Positions 54,706-63,465 of a stretch of 64,000 nt of DNA are shown piece by piece. The stretch comes from Escherichia phage vB_EcoM-RPN242: sequence record OL656110.1. One strand, written 5' to 3'. The position numbers and the translations under genes are program-made. Within the stretch, counting starts at the first letter, position 1, and each line of letters begins with the position of its first letter. Under the pieces are notes generated by a model. The model was not told the origin of the DNA. It did not search any database and worked only from the letters and a program-made list of their open reading frames with translations.

Positions 54706-55194
54706 TTAGGCCAGTTTGCTCACCAGAGCTTCAACTGCGTCGGCGCTCAGTTTACCCATTTTGACGTACTGAGCTTTTGCTTCACCACCAGCCGCTTTCA
54801 CGATGTCGGTGTTGTCGTACCCCTTCTTAGGGAATACCATCACAGAGAAGGAACCGTTGTTCAGCGGGTTCAGCTGGATGCGACCTTTACCGACTACGAT
54901 GGTGCCGTAAGTTTCGGTGTTTGCTTCGACAATGTGGATGTCGTGACCCAGGTTTTTCAGCATACCAACTTTGTCGGCAGTCTTAGCAACCACAGCTTTG
55001 TCAACCACAACCTGCTCTACCAGGGTGAAGCCGTTAGTCGATTTCACTTTACCGTTCAGCAGGTTCATGAAGGAAGTTTTGCCACCAGTGAAGCCAGCCG
55101 CCTGAGCGATGCGGAACATTTCAACTTTAGCAACTTCGGTGTTCAGTTCGAAAGAGATGGTGCCGTTGGTGATCAGAGTTTTGGTAGTAGCCAT
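54706..55194 (-). CDS. hypothetical protein (K/A/V/T-rich)
   Basis: ATG 55194 with SD GAGGA; leader contains GGCGG/CCGCC hairpin; antisense 220-aa ORF judged spurious. Confidence 0.5.
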   Translation of the reverse strand: MATTKTLITNGTISFELNTEVAKVEMFRIAQAAGFTGGKTSFMNLLNGKVKSTNGFTLVEQVVVDKAVVAKTADKVGMLKNLGHDIHIVEANTETYGTIVVGKGRIQLNPLNNGSFSVMVFPKKGYDNTDIVKAAGGEAKAQYVKMGKLSADAVEALVSKLA

Positions 55195-55333
55195 GATGTA
55201 ATTCCTCATAATGTAGTTGGTTCATTTCACTTTTCATTCGGCGGTGTGTTGCCGCCCTATGTGAACTATAATAGTGCATCATTATTGAAGAGTAAAGTCT
55301 TTTTCAATAATTTTTTAAAATATTTTTGAAGTA

Positions 55334-55361
55334 TTTTAAAAGGCCTCATTCGACGAGGCCT
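55334..55361 (-). terminator. candidate terminator downstream of primase operon
   Basis: 7-bp stem AGGCCTC/GAGGCCT with 7-nt loop, followed on minus strand by TTTAAAA. Confidence 0.4.
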
Positions 55362-55435
55362 GGAGGGAGGTGATGTGAAGTAAAAAGTTTTAGCTCGGGC
55401 GAAATCTTACAAACTCGCGAGCCAATTCGGCCTGT

Positions 55436-55597
55436 TCAGCACTGATTGGTTCCCCATGGAAGTCCACCTGACCATTCTTCCAGCCGTGGATGAAACTCGG
55501 AGACTCTTCCCCAGATAGGACATACCCCTTCACGAGATTTCAAGTACCCCCGCACGACCTCTCCGTCGTCCAGTTTGTTCAGTTCTTCTAACGTCAT
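55436..55597 (-). CDS. small ORF (53 aa) coupled to primase, not in ORF track
   Basis: ATG 55597 overlaps primase stop (ATGA); own translation MTLEELNKLDDGEVVRGYLK... Confidence 0.25.
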   Translation of the reverse strand: MTLEELNKLDDGEVVRGYLKSREGVCPIWGRVSEFHPRLEEWSGGLPWGTNQC

Positions 55598-56652
55598 CGC
55601 ACTTTCCTCAGTTCAGCGAATTGTAATGATGCGGCCATACCTTGGTAAACGTTCTTGGCGATTAGCTTCAGGAGGTCTTGTATGGACATGTTGCCCTTTG
55701 ATGGCATGACCATGTCGTTGATATCCTTCCAAGGAACGTCTGGTGGGAACAGTACAACCTTGACACCTTTATCTATCATCTTCTGAATACCGTCACACAC
55801 CTGTGGGTTCCGGTACTGATTATCAGGGATATAAATGTCTCCCTTCACGCTCAGTAGATCAGCGTCGGCCGATGCAAGACAGTTGGGTAGGAACAGGCTG
55901 TCAATCGGACCTTCCACAACCAGCTTGGTCTTGTGAATGTTTACCCGGTCTTCACCATACACCTTAGTGTCTTCATCCTTGGGCTTGACTGTTGCGTAGC
56001 GCAGTGTCGCATTCTTGTCGAATGCACGCCCCTGAACGATCTTCATCCGCCCATCTTGCGTCCAGAATGGGATTACCAGGCGCTCGTCATCGGGAATTTT
56101 CAGTTGCTTCTCAGGGTTCGTTTCGAACTGGAGTAGATCCTGGCGGAAGTGTTGTGTGTAATACAGGAGGGACAAAGTGCTCTCCGGCAGTCCACGCCAC
56201 TGTACGTACTGTCGAGCCTTATGGTCAGGCGGTAGCAGATCAAGCCGTAGCATATTGCCGAGGAGGCTCTCGTCGCGTTTCGCCGCCACTGAGCCAATAC
56301 GGGCGGTCTGTGTCAGCTTTGGCAGCGGCTTCAGGGAAGGAAGTGGTCTGTCCGACGTATCACCCAGCAGACGGAACTTCTCCATGTTGTACTCTGTTGA
56401 GAGGCGTTCGTCGAACTTCTTCAGCCAGAACTCAAATGACCAGCCATTCATCTGGTTGCAGTTGTGGCATTTGAACCGGAAGCAGTCATGATCCCGATCA
56501 TAGAAGAAGTATCCACGGCGCTTGTTAGCAGACTTCGTGGAGTCACCACACAGGGGACAACGGAAGTTCGCAACAGAACCCACGCGCTCCCACTTGAACT
56601 TGTCAAGGCGGGGCGATACGTTGTTGATAAATTGCTCGTCAAGAAATTTCAT
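55594..56652 (-). CDS. 61: DNA primase (gp61-like)
   Basis: ATG 56652 gives 352 aa; zinc ribbon FRCPLCGDSTKSANKRRGYFFYDRDHDCFRFKCHNC parallels T4 gp61; TOPRIM-like VVEGPIDSLFL and ADADLL. Confidence 0.8.
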   Translation of the reverse strand: MKFLDEQFINNVSPRLDKFKWERVGSVANFRCPLCGDSTKSANKRRGYFFYDRDHDCFRFKCHNCNQMNGWSFEFWLKKFDERLSTEYNMEKFRLLGDTSDRPLPSLKPLPKLTQTARIGSVAAKRDESLLGNMLRLDLLPPDHKARQYVQWRGLPESTLSLLYYTQHFRQDLLQFETNPEKQLKIPDDERLVIPFWTQDGRMKIVQGRAFDKNATLRYATVKPKDEDTKVYGEDRVNIHKTKLVVEGPIDSLFLPNCLASADADLLSVKGDIYIPDNQYRNPQVCDGIQKMIDKGVKVVLFPPDVPWKDINDMVMPSKGNMSIQDLLKLIAKNVYQGMAASLQFAELRKVR

Positions 56653-57263
56653 TAGATCTTCGGCCTCTGGAACACTTCGGTCACAGTATAGTCTACACCA
56701 CGACTTTGAGCTATACACAGTTGACGCCAAGCCCCATACAGGATATTCTGCTCCCCGGCAGTGTTGCGCTCAAAGTGGGCGAAGCCGTCGAGGAGTTCCA
56801 TGTAGCTACGCATATGCCGGGTAACGGTTCTTCCTCTCTTGATCTGTTCATCAAGGTACTTCTGATAATGCTCTGGTGATGACAATGAAGAGTACTGCAT
56901 GTCTGGCACATGAACTGGCATCAGGGACTTGCGGGGTGTGAAGTAGAACAACCCCCACTTTGGTGGCAGGTCTTCAACCCTGATCACGTCCTGAGGGCAG
57001 ACATAAAAGCGGTATGCGCCCATCCCTGTTGTGGGGTCCATCCGATGGGGCTTCTTCTTGTCGGTAAGGAAATCAGAGCGAGACACCTTCACTTCCATCA
57101 GGATAGAGCAACCGCCGGAACGGAACCCGATGGCATCAGGTGATTCTTTGTTGTCAAACGAATTTGGCTCGATGAAGACAGCGCCGCAGTTCATGCGACC
57201 GCGCAGGTAGTTGGCCGCGATTTCACATCCTTCGCGGTGTGACGGGATAAAGATTTTGCTCAT
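56652..57263 (-). CDS. PD-(D/E)xK-family nuclease, putative
   Basis: ATG 57263; motif PDAIGFRSGGCSILMEVKVS (D ... E-x-K) typical of Hjc/RecB-like nucleases; TAATG overlap with primase start. Confidence 0.45.
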   Translation of the reverse strand: MSKIFIPSHREGCEIAANYLRGRMNCGAVFIEPNSFDNKESPDAIGFRSGGCSILMEVKVSRSDFLTDKKKPHRMDPTTGMGAYRFYVCPQDVIRVEDLPPKWGLFYFTPRKSLMPVHVPDMQYSSLSSPEHYQKYLDEQIKRGRTVTRHMRSYMELLDGFAHFERNTAGEQNILYGAWRQLCIAQSRGVDYTVTEVFQRPKI

Positions 57264-57319
57264 TGTCCTTTCCTTTCGGTGAATAATGAGCAAATTATAT
57301 GCCTTTATTTCGTATTGAC

Positions 57320-57673
57320 TTACGACAGCTGCTTCAGTTTGTAGATCGTCTGATAACACAGTGTCTTGATATCGTCAAGAGTGCTCTGAAGGTGGGAGTC
57401 ACACTGCTTGTAGATGCCATCGACGTCTATCACCACACTATTAATATAGGAGATAGGGTCTGGGTTGTACAATTTGATATTCTCGAATGATGGAACATAC
57501 TGACCACCCGCACCGATGTATGCTTCGGTAAACGTGTCCAGCAAGTCCTCTAGACCCCCGTAGAACTCCCCGAGTGCCTTGTGCTTGGCATAGGACGTTG
57601 TAACGAAGTGTAAGGCATGAGAGTGGGCTATAGCAAGCAGTCCACGGTTGATGAAAATACTCGCATTGACCAT
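57320..57673 (-). CDS. hypothetical protein
   Basis: ATG 57673 with SD GAGGAA (track start 57727 is GTG). Confidence 0.45.
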   Translation of the reverse strand: MVNASIFINRGLLAIAHSHALHFVTTSYAKHKALGEFYGGLEDLLDTFTEAYIGAGGQYVPSFENIKLYNPDPISYINSVVIDVDGIYKQCDSHLQSTLDDIKTLCYQTIYKLKQLS

Positions 57674-57685
57674 GATTTGTTTCCT

Positions 57686-57719
57686 CAGAAAAAGAAATCC
57701 CCCTGTATTTAGGGGGATT
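57686..57719 (-). terminator. rho-independent terminator
   Basis: 9-bp stem AATCCCCCT/AGGGGGATT, 6-nt loop, followed on minus strand by TTCTTTTTCTG. Confidence 0.55.
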
Positions 57720-57758
57720 GTAATCACTGTTTGACCAGAGTCATCTTGATAGTTTCAC

Positions 57759-58064
57759 TTAGTCTTTGTCGGCAGACTTGCCAAAGAAGAATTCGAAACC
57801 GTCATGGACAACAACGACTTCCTGACCTTGGGAGATACCGTGAGTCTGGTCTGGGGTCAGTTTCACCTTGATAGTGTTGCCGTTGGTTAACTCCAGGTTG
57901 TAGACATCCGCCTGATTGTCAGGGGTGATCTGGGTCACGGTAGCACCGGAGCACCACTGAGTGCCGTCAGCTTGCTTGGTGATGGATACGGTCTTACCCT
58001 GGACACCAGCATGGGTCTGAGGTTTAGCGGCTTGTTCTTTAAAATATTCGATAAACGGTTTCAT
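57759..58064 (-). CDS. hypothetical protein expressed from a late promoter
   Basis: 101-aa ORF with SD GAGGAG; TATAAATA 24 nt upstream on minus strand. Confidence 0.5.
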   Translation of the reverse strand: MKPFIEYFKEQAAKPQTHAGVQGKTVSITKQADGTQWCSGATVTQITPDNQADVYNLELTNGNTIKVKLTPDQTHGISQGQEVVVVHDGFEFFFGKSADKD

Positions 58065-58087
58065 CTTAATCTCCTCGGGATTTCAGT

Positions 58088-58095
58088 TATTTATA
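58088..58095 (-). promoter_or_regulatory. T4-type late promoter (TATAAATA)
   Basis: plus-strand TATTTATA = minus-strand TATAAATA, 24 nt upstream of ATG 58064. Confidence 0.45.
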
Positions 58096-58119
58096 AGCCC
58101 CCGAAGGGGCTTTCGATGA

Positions 58120-60840
58120 TCAGATCTTAATCTGCATGTTGCCACCCAGGGACTGCTCGTACTCGCTGTATGCGCCTTCCCCGTAGTCTCGTGCCCACTG
58201 GTCAGACTGCTGGGCGCTATCCAGAGTCATCAGGTTTGGTTCAGTCGGGTTGTAACCCTTGGACTTCGCATCCCGGTACAGAGTCTGCAGGTACTGGTTG
58301 GCGCGGTCAATCTGAGATTTGAACTCGCGATATGCCCCTTCAGTTGTGTTGCGGCGGAAGGTGATATCCCAGTCCACGTTCAGAGTCTGACCATCACGGC
58401 TTGCATAGATCTGCCAATCCAGGTCGCGGCCTTTTGGTGCGTTGTCGCGGATGGAGTCGGCGTATGCCGCAAGGTCGGCACCAGTCTTCTTCGCAGTACT
58501 CGACTCTTTCTCCAGTCTCTCGGTTTCTTTGGACAGGATACCCAACATAAATTCATTAGTGCGGCGATCCGCCATGTCGTACCCGCGCCAAAGGACTGAA
58601 CCGTTGTTGTCAACAGAAATGTCGTCCAAAAATACTTGTTTCGGATTATACGACGTGCTTTTCAGAGTTTGTATATTCCGAGATATCATTTCCATTTTAG
58701 AAGAAATTTCATCGATCACGGCCTGAACAATATCTTTCTTCAAAGTAAGTTCATATGTCTTCGGATTGTTCAGGGTACGACCTTTATTGGATACAATAGG
58801 CGTGATCGCCACTTTGCCTTTGTCGTAGTAATAGGTCACATTCGTGGTCAATACAGCACCATCATACTTCCCAGTTTTCGGGAAATTGACGCCAGACCAA
58901 GTGATGGACATACCGTTGACAGTCTCACCAAACACCATGGCGTTGCTTGGTATATTCAGGGTTCCAGAGTTGACCAGATCAGCGCCTTGGGCATTCAGGT
59001 CGATAGAACCATAGATGGCCCCGGTAATACGATCTTTCAGCATCAGGGTCTTGTCGCCCTTCTCTGGGATGATTTCCAGCGGGTGCTTGCCACGCGGAGG
59101 TTCTTTGATGAGTTCCAGTAGAGCAGTTTTCCCTGGCTTCACACGATTCAGGACAGCGTCGGACACTGTCAGAGTCCAGTTTGCGGTTTCCACATAACCC
59201 CAGCCCCGAGAACGGCGAATGGCTTTGATAGGATATGGAGCGCTTGTTGGCACTGCGCTAATTTCCCATTTGCCAGTGTACTGGGTCTTGGCAACCTCAA
59301 AGATGGACGCAATTACCGCATTGGCGACGTCACGGGCGCTACCTTTGGCCACGTTCTCCTCTTCAGCAATTTCGCTGAAAACTGAGTATTGAACGAAACC
59401 AGCGAGGACGTTTGTGAAGTTGACAACGATAACCAACCCGCCTGCTGTCGTGTAACGACCAGCGCCCACACGACGGATGTTTTCACCAGGAAGAATAGAA
59501 GTGTCCAGCCCAACGTTGGTATCAATGATACCCAGAACACGAGCGATGAAACCACTGTTACGTAATTGATCAACACTGGTTGCACCCTCGGTCGAATCCG
59601 ATGCGGATTTAGACACTTTGTTCAACTTGATAGAGACAAGGGTTTCCCCGTTGACACCGATGATATCCCATTCAGTACCCTGCTCGTTCGAGATGCGAGC
59701 AGTCTTGCGCTTTGAATTGATGGCACCTTCGTAACGCCCGTTCTTGACTACAACAGAGGCTGTGGCAGCATCAGTAGCACTTGCTGCATTTGAAAAGTCT
59801 GGGTCAGAAATACTGATGTCGACGTCACCGTTTTGAGAACGCATGCGAACGCCGTTTTTGAATCGTTCCACGTTTACTTCTCGAGCACCAAGTCGTTTGG
59901 CATCAATAACAGCAGTTCCAGAACCGATAATGTTGGCTGGGTTATTTCTGTCTGAACTGTTTTGAGAACCTTTCCAAAATTTTGTGGACGCTGTGGTGAA
60001 ATCATTCAGGATACTGATAGGGACTTGTGGTAATTTCAACTGACGAGCAATGAAATCAGCACTTTGCCCACGCACAGGTTTCTCATTCATGTATGCGCCA
60101 ACATACACACCCGGCTCATTGTAGTGGGGAGCGATATTTGCCGTGTTCATGCGGCCTCTCTCCTTACCAGCCCATAACAACATGGGCTGATCTCCGTTTG
60201 AAGTTAATTTCCATCCGTTGGAATTATCAACAGAAGATGACACACCCACATCCGGAGTATTGTTCTGAACCGGAACGTCACCGACCTTGTCTGGATCATC
60301 CCAGGTGATACCCTGCATCTTCGGACCGTCGAATACCTGAGCCGGATCTTTACCCTTGCGGACCAGCCACACATAACCACGGTCAGGGACAGGCGCGTAG
60401 GTCAGGTCCATGACATTCAGTTTCTGTTTCAGGCCGGACTGGCGGATGATCTTAGGAATCAGGGTCATACCGCGATCCAGCGCTTTCTTCGAGAAGTTGA
60501 CAGCAAAGCCATCGATGGTTTTGCCCAGAGGAGTCGCCATGAATTGTTTGGTCGCTTCGATCATGGAAGCGATAACGCGCATTGGGTTCTTGAAGCGAGC
60601 GATGGCGTCAGGATAGACGGAGCCGCGCTTCTGGCCGATGAAAACCTGACGAACACTCTTACCCAGCCCCTGAGGGGTATAGAACTGAATACGGTATTCC
60701 TTTTCATCTTCGTCGACGAAGGTGAAGAACACATCGCCTGCGTTCTTCTTACCCATGGTCAGCTCATACGGAGCGGAGTTGAACGCTTCGTCCAACTGAT
60801 CTCTTTCCTGCATGAACTGGAGGAAACTTAGCTTTGACAT
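58120..60840 (-). CDS. large hypothetical protein (906 aa)
   Basis: long ORF with SD AGGAGA; no recognisable catalytic motif. Confidence 0.6.
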   Translation of the reverse strand: MSKLSFLQFMQERDQLDEAFNSAPYELTMGKKNAGDVFFTFVDEDEKEYRIQFYTPQGLGKSVRQVFIGQKRGSVYPDAIARFKNPMRVIASMIEATKQFMATPLGKTIDGFAVNFSKKALDRGMTLIPKIIRQSGLKQKLNVMDLTYAPVPDRGYVWLVRKGKDPAQVFDGPKMQGITWDDPDKVGDVPVQNNTPDVGVSSSVDNSNGWKLTSNGDQPMLLWAGKERGRMNTANIAPHYNEPGVYVGAYMNEKPVRGQSADFIARQLKLPQVPISILNDFTTASTKFWKGSQNSSDRNNPANIIGSGTAVIDAKRLGAREVNVERFKNGVRMRSQNGDVDISISDPDFSNAASATDAATASVVVKNGRYEGAINSKRKTARISNEQGTEWDIIGVNGETLVSIKLNKVSKSASDSTEGATSVDQLRNSGFIARVLGIIDTNVGLDTSILPGENIRRVGAGRYTTAGGLVIVVNFTNVLAGFVQYSVFSEIAEEENVAKGSARDVANAVIASIFEVAKTQYTGKWEISAVPTSAPYPIKAIRRSRGWGYVETANWTLTVSDAVLNRVKPGKTALLELIKEPPRGKHPLEIIPEKGDKTLMLKDRITGAIYGSIDLNAQGADLVNSGTLNIPSNAMVFGETVNGMSITWSGVNFPKTGKYDGAVLTTNVTYYYDKGKVAITPIVSNKGRTLNNPKTYELTLKKDIVQAVIDEISSKMEMISRNIQTLKSTSYNPKQVFLDDISVDNNGSVLWRGYDMADRRTNEFMLGILSKETERLEKESSTAKKTGADLAAYADSIRDNAPKGRDLDWQIYASRDGQTLNVDWDITFRRNTTEGAYREFKSQIDRANQYLQTLYRDAKSKGYNPTEPNLMTLDSAQQSDQWARDYGEGAYSEYEQSLGGNMQIKI

Positions 60841-60915
60841 TTTATATCTCCTGACTGAATTAACGGCGGTTTCTTCTAATTAGCGAAACCAAAAGGGAGC
60901 GTCAGCCCCCTTATC

Positions 60916-61251
60916 TTATTTTTGAACTTGGGCTACAGACATCGCCCAGAGCGGGAGGGTGTGGGGGTCCAGGGCTTCCAGTAGATATTCGACGCGCTCT
61001 GACATGATACCTTCAGGGAAGTTTACTTCTTCTGGTTCGTTGTTGGCCGTCCAACCCAAGGTCAGTCCTTCAGCGTGATGGATGATATAAACGAAGTCGC
61101 CCGATTCGTAGTCCTTTTCCATCAGGGAGAAGAAATCTTCCATTTCTTCGTCGGAGAAGTAGTAGATGCGAGGTACGGAGCCGTCAGCAAAGTGCTCAGC
61201 ACCCTGGAAGGCAAACATGTCATCGGCGGTGAAGTTCTTGAGTTGTGTCAT
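60916..61251 (-). CDS. hypothetical acidic protein
   Basis: ATG 61251 preceded by the 16-nt motif GGAACTATATCATGAC. Confidence 0.45.
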   Translation of the reverse strand: MTQLKNFTADDMFAFQGAEHFADGSVPRIYYFSDEEMEDFFSLMEKDYESGDFVYIIHHAEGLTLGWTANNEPEEVNFPEGIMSERVEYLLEALDPHTLPLWAMSVAQVQK

Positions 61252-61262
61252 GATATAGTTCC
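61247..61262 (-). repeat. 16-nt start-region motif GGAACTATATCATGAC (copy 2)
   Basis: identical to 48135-48150. Confidence 0.5.
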
Positions 61263-61326
61263 TGCTATTCAAGTTGGTGTCGTACTGCTTATGGAATGAA
61301 GTATAGGGAAGGATATTGAAGAAGTA

Positions 61327-61349
61327 AAGGGGCGAAAGCCCCTTTTATT
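61327..61349. terminator. GNRA-loop hairpin terminator
   Basis: 7-bp stem AAGGGGC/GCCCCTT with GAAA loop; TTTTATT on plus strand, TTTACTTC on minus. Confidence 0.5.
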
Positions 61350-61357
61350 GAATTATT

Positions 61358-61996
61358 TTACGGCGTCGGATTCACAACCGGAATGTGGGATCGAATACCT
61401 GCGATGATGTCCTTCAGCTGAGGCTTCCATCCATCCACCAAACGGGGTAGAGCGATAGCACCAGGCTGAACTAAAATGATGTCGCTGCCTGTGATATTGT
61501 GCTGAGGGAACTGGGCAAGGTACTGCTCCATGGTGACACCCTCATCAATCAGAACCGCACCGACGTCAGACGATGCGTAGGTTGCACCCAGACCGTCAAC
61601 ACCCCACGCCAAAATACCCCAGTCAGGGATGTTGGCTTCAGATGTGATAGTGAATCCAAACACGGTGTTCAGTGATGTAAAGGAGTAGACATCGTGGGTG
61701 ATGTCATACACCAGATACCCCTTGGTCAGCATATCGGCAAAGATCGCGTCCGTATCGCCAGCAGTCGGAGTCGGTACAGTAAACAACAGCTCGCCATCAG
61801 GAGGAGCAGGGTATGTGCTGAGGGCATAGAGGCACCATGCGTCAATACACTTCTTGATAAATGCCTCCGGTGCGACATAATCAGCAAGGCGAACCGTACC
61901 TGAGTACTCGGATACGATGATGCCTTCCTTCGCACCCTGTAGAGCAATGAAGACCAAGATATGTTCATATCCGGCCTGAGATGGAGTGATGTTCAT
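61358..61996 (-). CDS. hypothetical protein
   Basis: ATG 61996 (aa 33 of track ORF) overlapping upstream stop by 1 nt. Confidence 0.45.
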   Translation of the reverse strand: MNITPSQAGYEHILVFIALQGAKEGIIVSEYSGTVRLADYVAPEAFIKKCIDAWCLYALSTYPAPPDGELLFTVPTPTAGDTDAIFADMLTKGYLVYDITHDVYSFTSLNTVFGFTITSEANIPDWGILAWGVDGLGATYASSDVGAVLIDEGVTMEQYLAQFPQHNITGSDIILVQPGAIALPRLVDGWKPQLKDIIAGIRSHIPVVNPTP

Positions 61997-62610
61997 TATC
62001 TTGTCCTCTTCAGTTTCTCTATTGTGTGCTTGTTCATGGTGATCACCTGAGGATCTACCTCGGAGATGGTCCGGCCTTCGAAGGACACACATTTCTGAAG
62101 ATATTTAGCTTTCTTCACGACGTCGGCAGCATAAGCGTTCGATGCAGGATTACGGGCGAAGCCAGCATTGTAAGAGGAGAGGGATTTGCGGATATTCTGA
62201 TTGTGATAGGTCAGCCAGAACTGCATCTCATCGAGGGCGGCTTGCGCGGCATATTCTTGGTCGGTCAGCAACTTTATAGCGACATTGGCATAGCACTTGC
62301 GATTCTTACAACCTTCGCGATCACCAACTGTCTTCACCTTGTTCTGAAAGGCTCCCATGTTGGCCGCCTTGAGGTCGTATCGCATTGACACTACATCTTC
62401 ACCAGCGCGGCTCTCTCGCCAAGATATGGCGGCCAGAGTGTAGCCAAGATCTTGTGTCTTGCCTACGTGATAGGCGGTTGCCAGCGTATTAAGTTGTTGC
62501 TCGGAGAAATTATAATCGCATTGGGTGGTACTTTGGGAAGCGTGCACATTCCCGCTGGCAATGGTAAAGGTCACGGACAAGGCCATGGCCTTCAACGTTG
62601 TCATCGTCAT
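61996..62610 (-). CDS. secreted lytic transglycosylase-like (SLT) protein with signal peptide
   Basis: signal-peptide-like N-terminus MTMTTLKAMALSVTFTIASGNVHA; SLT-like motifs ISWRESRAG, MGAFQ, SYNAGFA; SD AAGGAA. Confidence 0.55.
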   Translation of the reverse strand: MTMTTLKAMALSVTFTIASGNVHASQSTTQCDYNFSEQQLNTLATAYHVGKTQDLGYTLAAISWRESRAGEDVVSMRYDLKAANMGAFQNKVKTVGDREGCKNRKCYANVAIKLLTDQEYAAQAALDEMQFWLTYHNQNIRKSLSSYNAGFARNPASNAYAADVVKKAKYLQKCVSFEGRTISEVDPQVITMNKHTIEKLKRTR

Positions 62611-62667
62611 GATGGCGTTCCTTATGTTTTGTCGACTTGCAGCTCGCTTGAGCCTCCTGACAGGGGT

Positions 62668-62702
62668 TAAAAGATAAAGGGCACGTGGTATTTAGTGCCC
62701 TT
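62668..62702 (-). terminator. rho-independent terminator
   Basis: 8-bp stem AAGGGCAC/GTGCCCTT with 10-nt loop, followed on minus strand by TTATCTTTT. Confidence 0.55.
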
Positions 62703-62707
62703 CAGCC

Positions 62708-62992
62708 TCATTCGTAGATGAGGTGGTAGGATTCCTCGATACACTCCAGCCAGCCGTAGACGAACTGTAGAGGGTCATCCCATGCCGTCTTGGTCGCGAC
62801 GGTAAAGTTGCCGTCCAGGATCTGCATATCTTGGTACTTGTTGAAAGCGAGTACAGCATCAACCACAATCAGGCCGCCCTGCTCAAGATAACGATTCGGA
62901 GTGACGGTCACTTGGTAATGAGGATTCCTGCGATTCCATATCTCCACAGCAATGTCACAGGATTCCTGAATTTCATCTTTGTTTTCTGACAT
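62708..62992 (-). CDS. hypothetical protein
   Basis: 94-aa ORF. Confidence 0.4.
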   Translation of the reverse strand: MSENKDEIQESCDIAVEIWNRRNPHYQVTVTPNRYLEQGGLIVVDAVLAFNKYQDMQILDGNFTVATKTAWDDPLQFVYGWLECIEESYHLIYE

Positions 62993-63302
62993 ACGTTTGT
63001 CTCAGATGTTCGGTAAAGGATTTACCCAGCTTGCGGAATAGTTTAATACGACCAATGACTTTGACGTAAACATCTCCGTGGCAGGGGCGCGGCTTACACC
63101 AGCACCCCAATACCTTCCCGTCAAGATCAAGGAGTTCATCCTCAGTGATATCCCCTTTAATCAGGCGCACATACAGGTCGTCCTCAAACAGTTCGATACA
63201 GACGCCTCGTCCATGGTCTTTGACCTCAAACGGGTTCCCCCATTTACCAGGCCGACCAATGTAGACGTCATATGGCTCCTTCTTGAAGTGGACGACTTTC
63301 AT
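62973..63302 (-). CDS. hypothetical Cys/His-motif protein (DUF4326-like by recollection)
   Basis: YDVYIGRPGKWGNPF ... LGCWCKPRPCHGDVYV pattern. Confidence 0.4.
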   Translation of the reverse strand: MKVVHFKKEPYDVYIGRPGKWGNPFEVKDHGRGVCIELFEDDLYVRLIKGDITEDELLDLDGKVLGCWCKPRPCHGDVYVKVIGRIKLFRKLGKSFTEHLRQTYVRKQR

Positions 63303-63463
63303 TTCAGGATTTGACCTGCAAGTAGATAACAGAACCAGACAGAGAACCCGAGATACCCCAGTGCTTTCAGGTAGTTTTTCCTTTCGACTTCACGAGAAAA
63401 CGCAACGATGTCAATGATGCATGCAAAGACCAGGATTGCGAGTTTAATTTGTTCGTAGTCCAT
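63299..63463 (-). CDS. small two-TM membrane peptide (54 aa), not in ORF track
   Basis: own translation MDYEQIKLAILVFACIIDIVAF...; SD AAGGA; ATGA overlap with downstream gene. Confidence 0.3.
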   Translation of the reverse strand: MDYEQIKLAILVFACIIDIVAFSREVERKNYLKALGYLGFSVWFCYLLAGQILK

Positions 63464-63465
63464 GA

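Noticed and set aside
54667-55329. 220-aa plus-strand ORF antisense to ORF 54706-55194
   Set aside because: F/V/S/H-rich junk-like translation with no SD; the minus-strand ORF has SD GAGGA and protein-like composition.
60893-60912. AAGGG/CCCTT hairpin after ORF 60916-61251 as terminator
   Set aside because: Only a 5-bp stem with an 11-nt loop; too weak to call.
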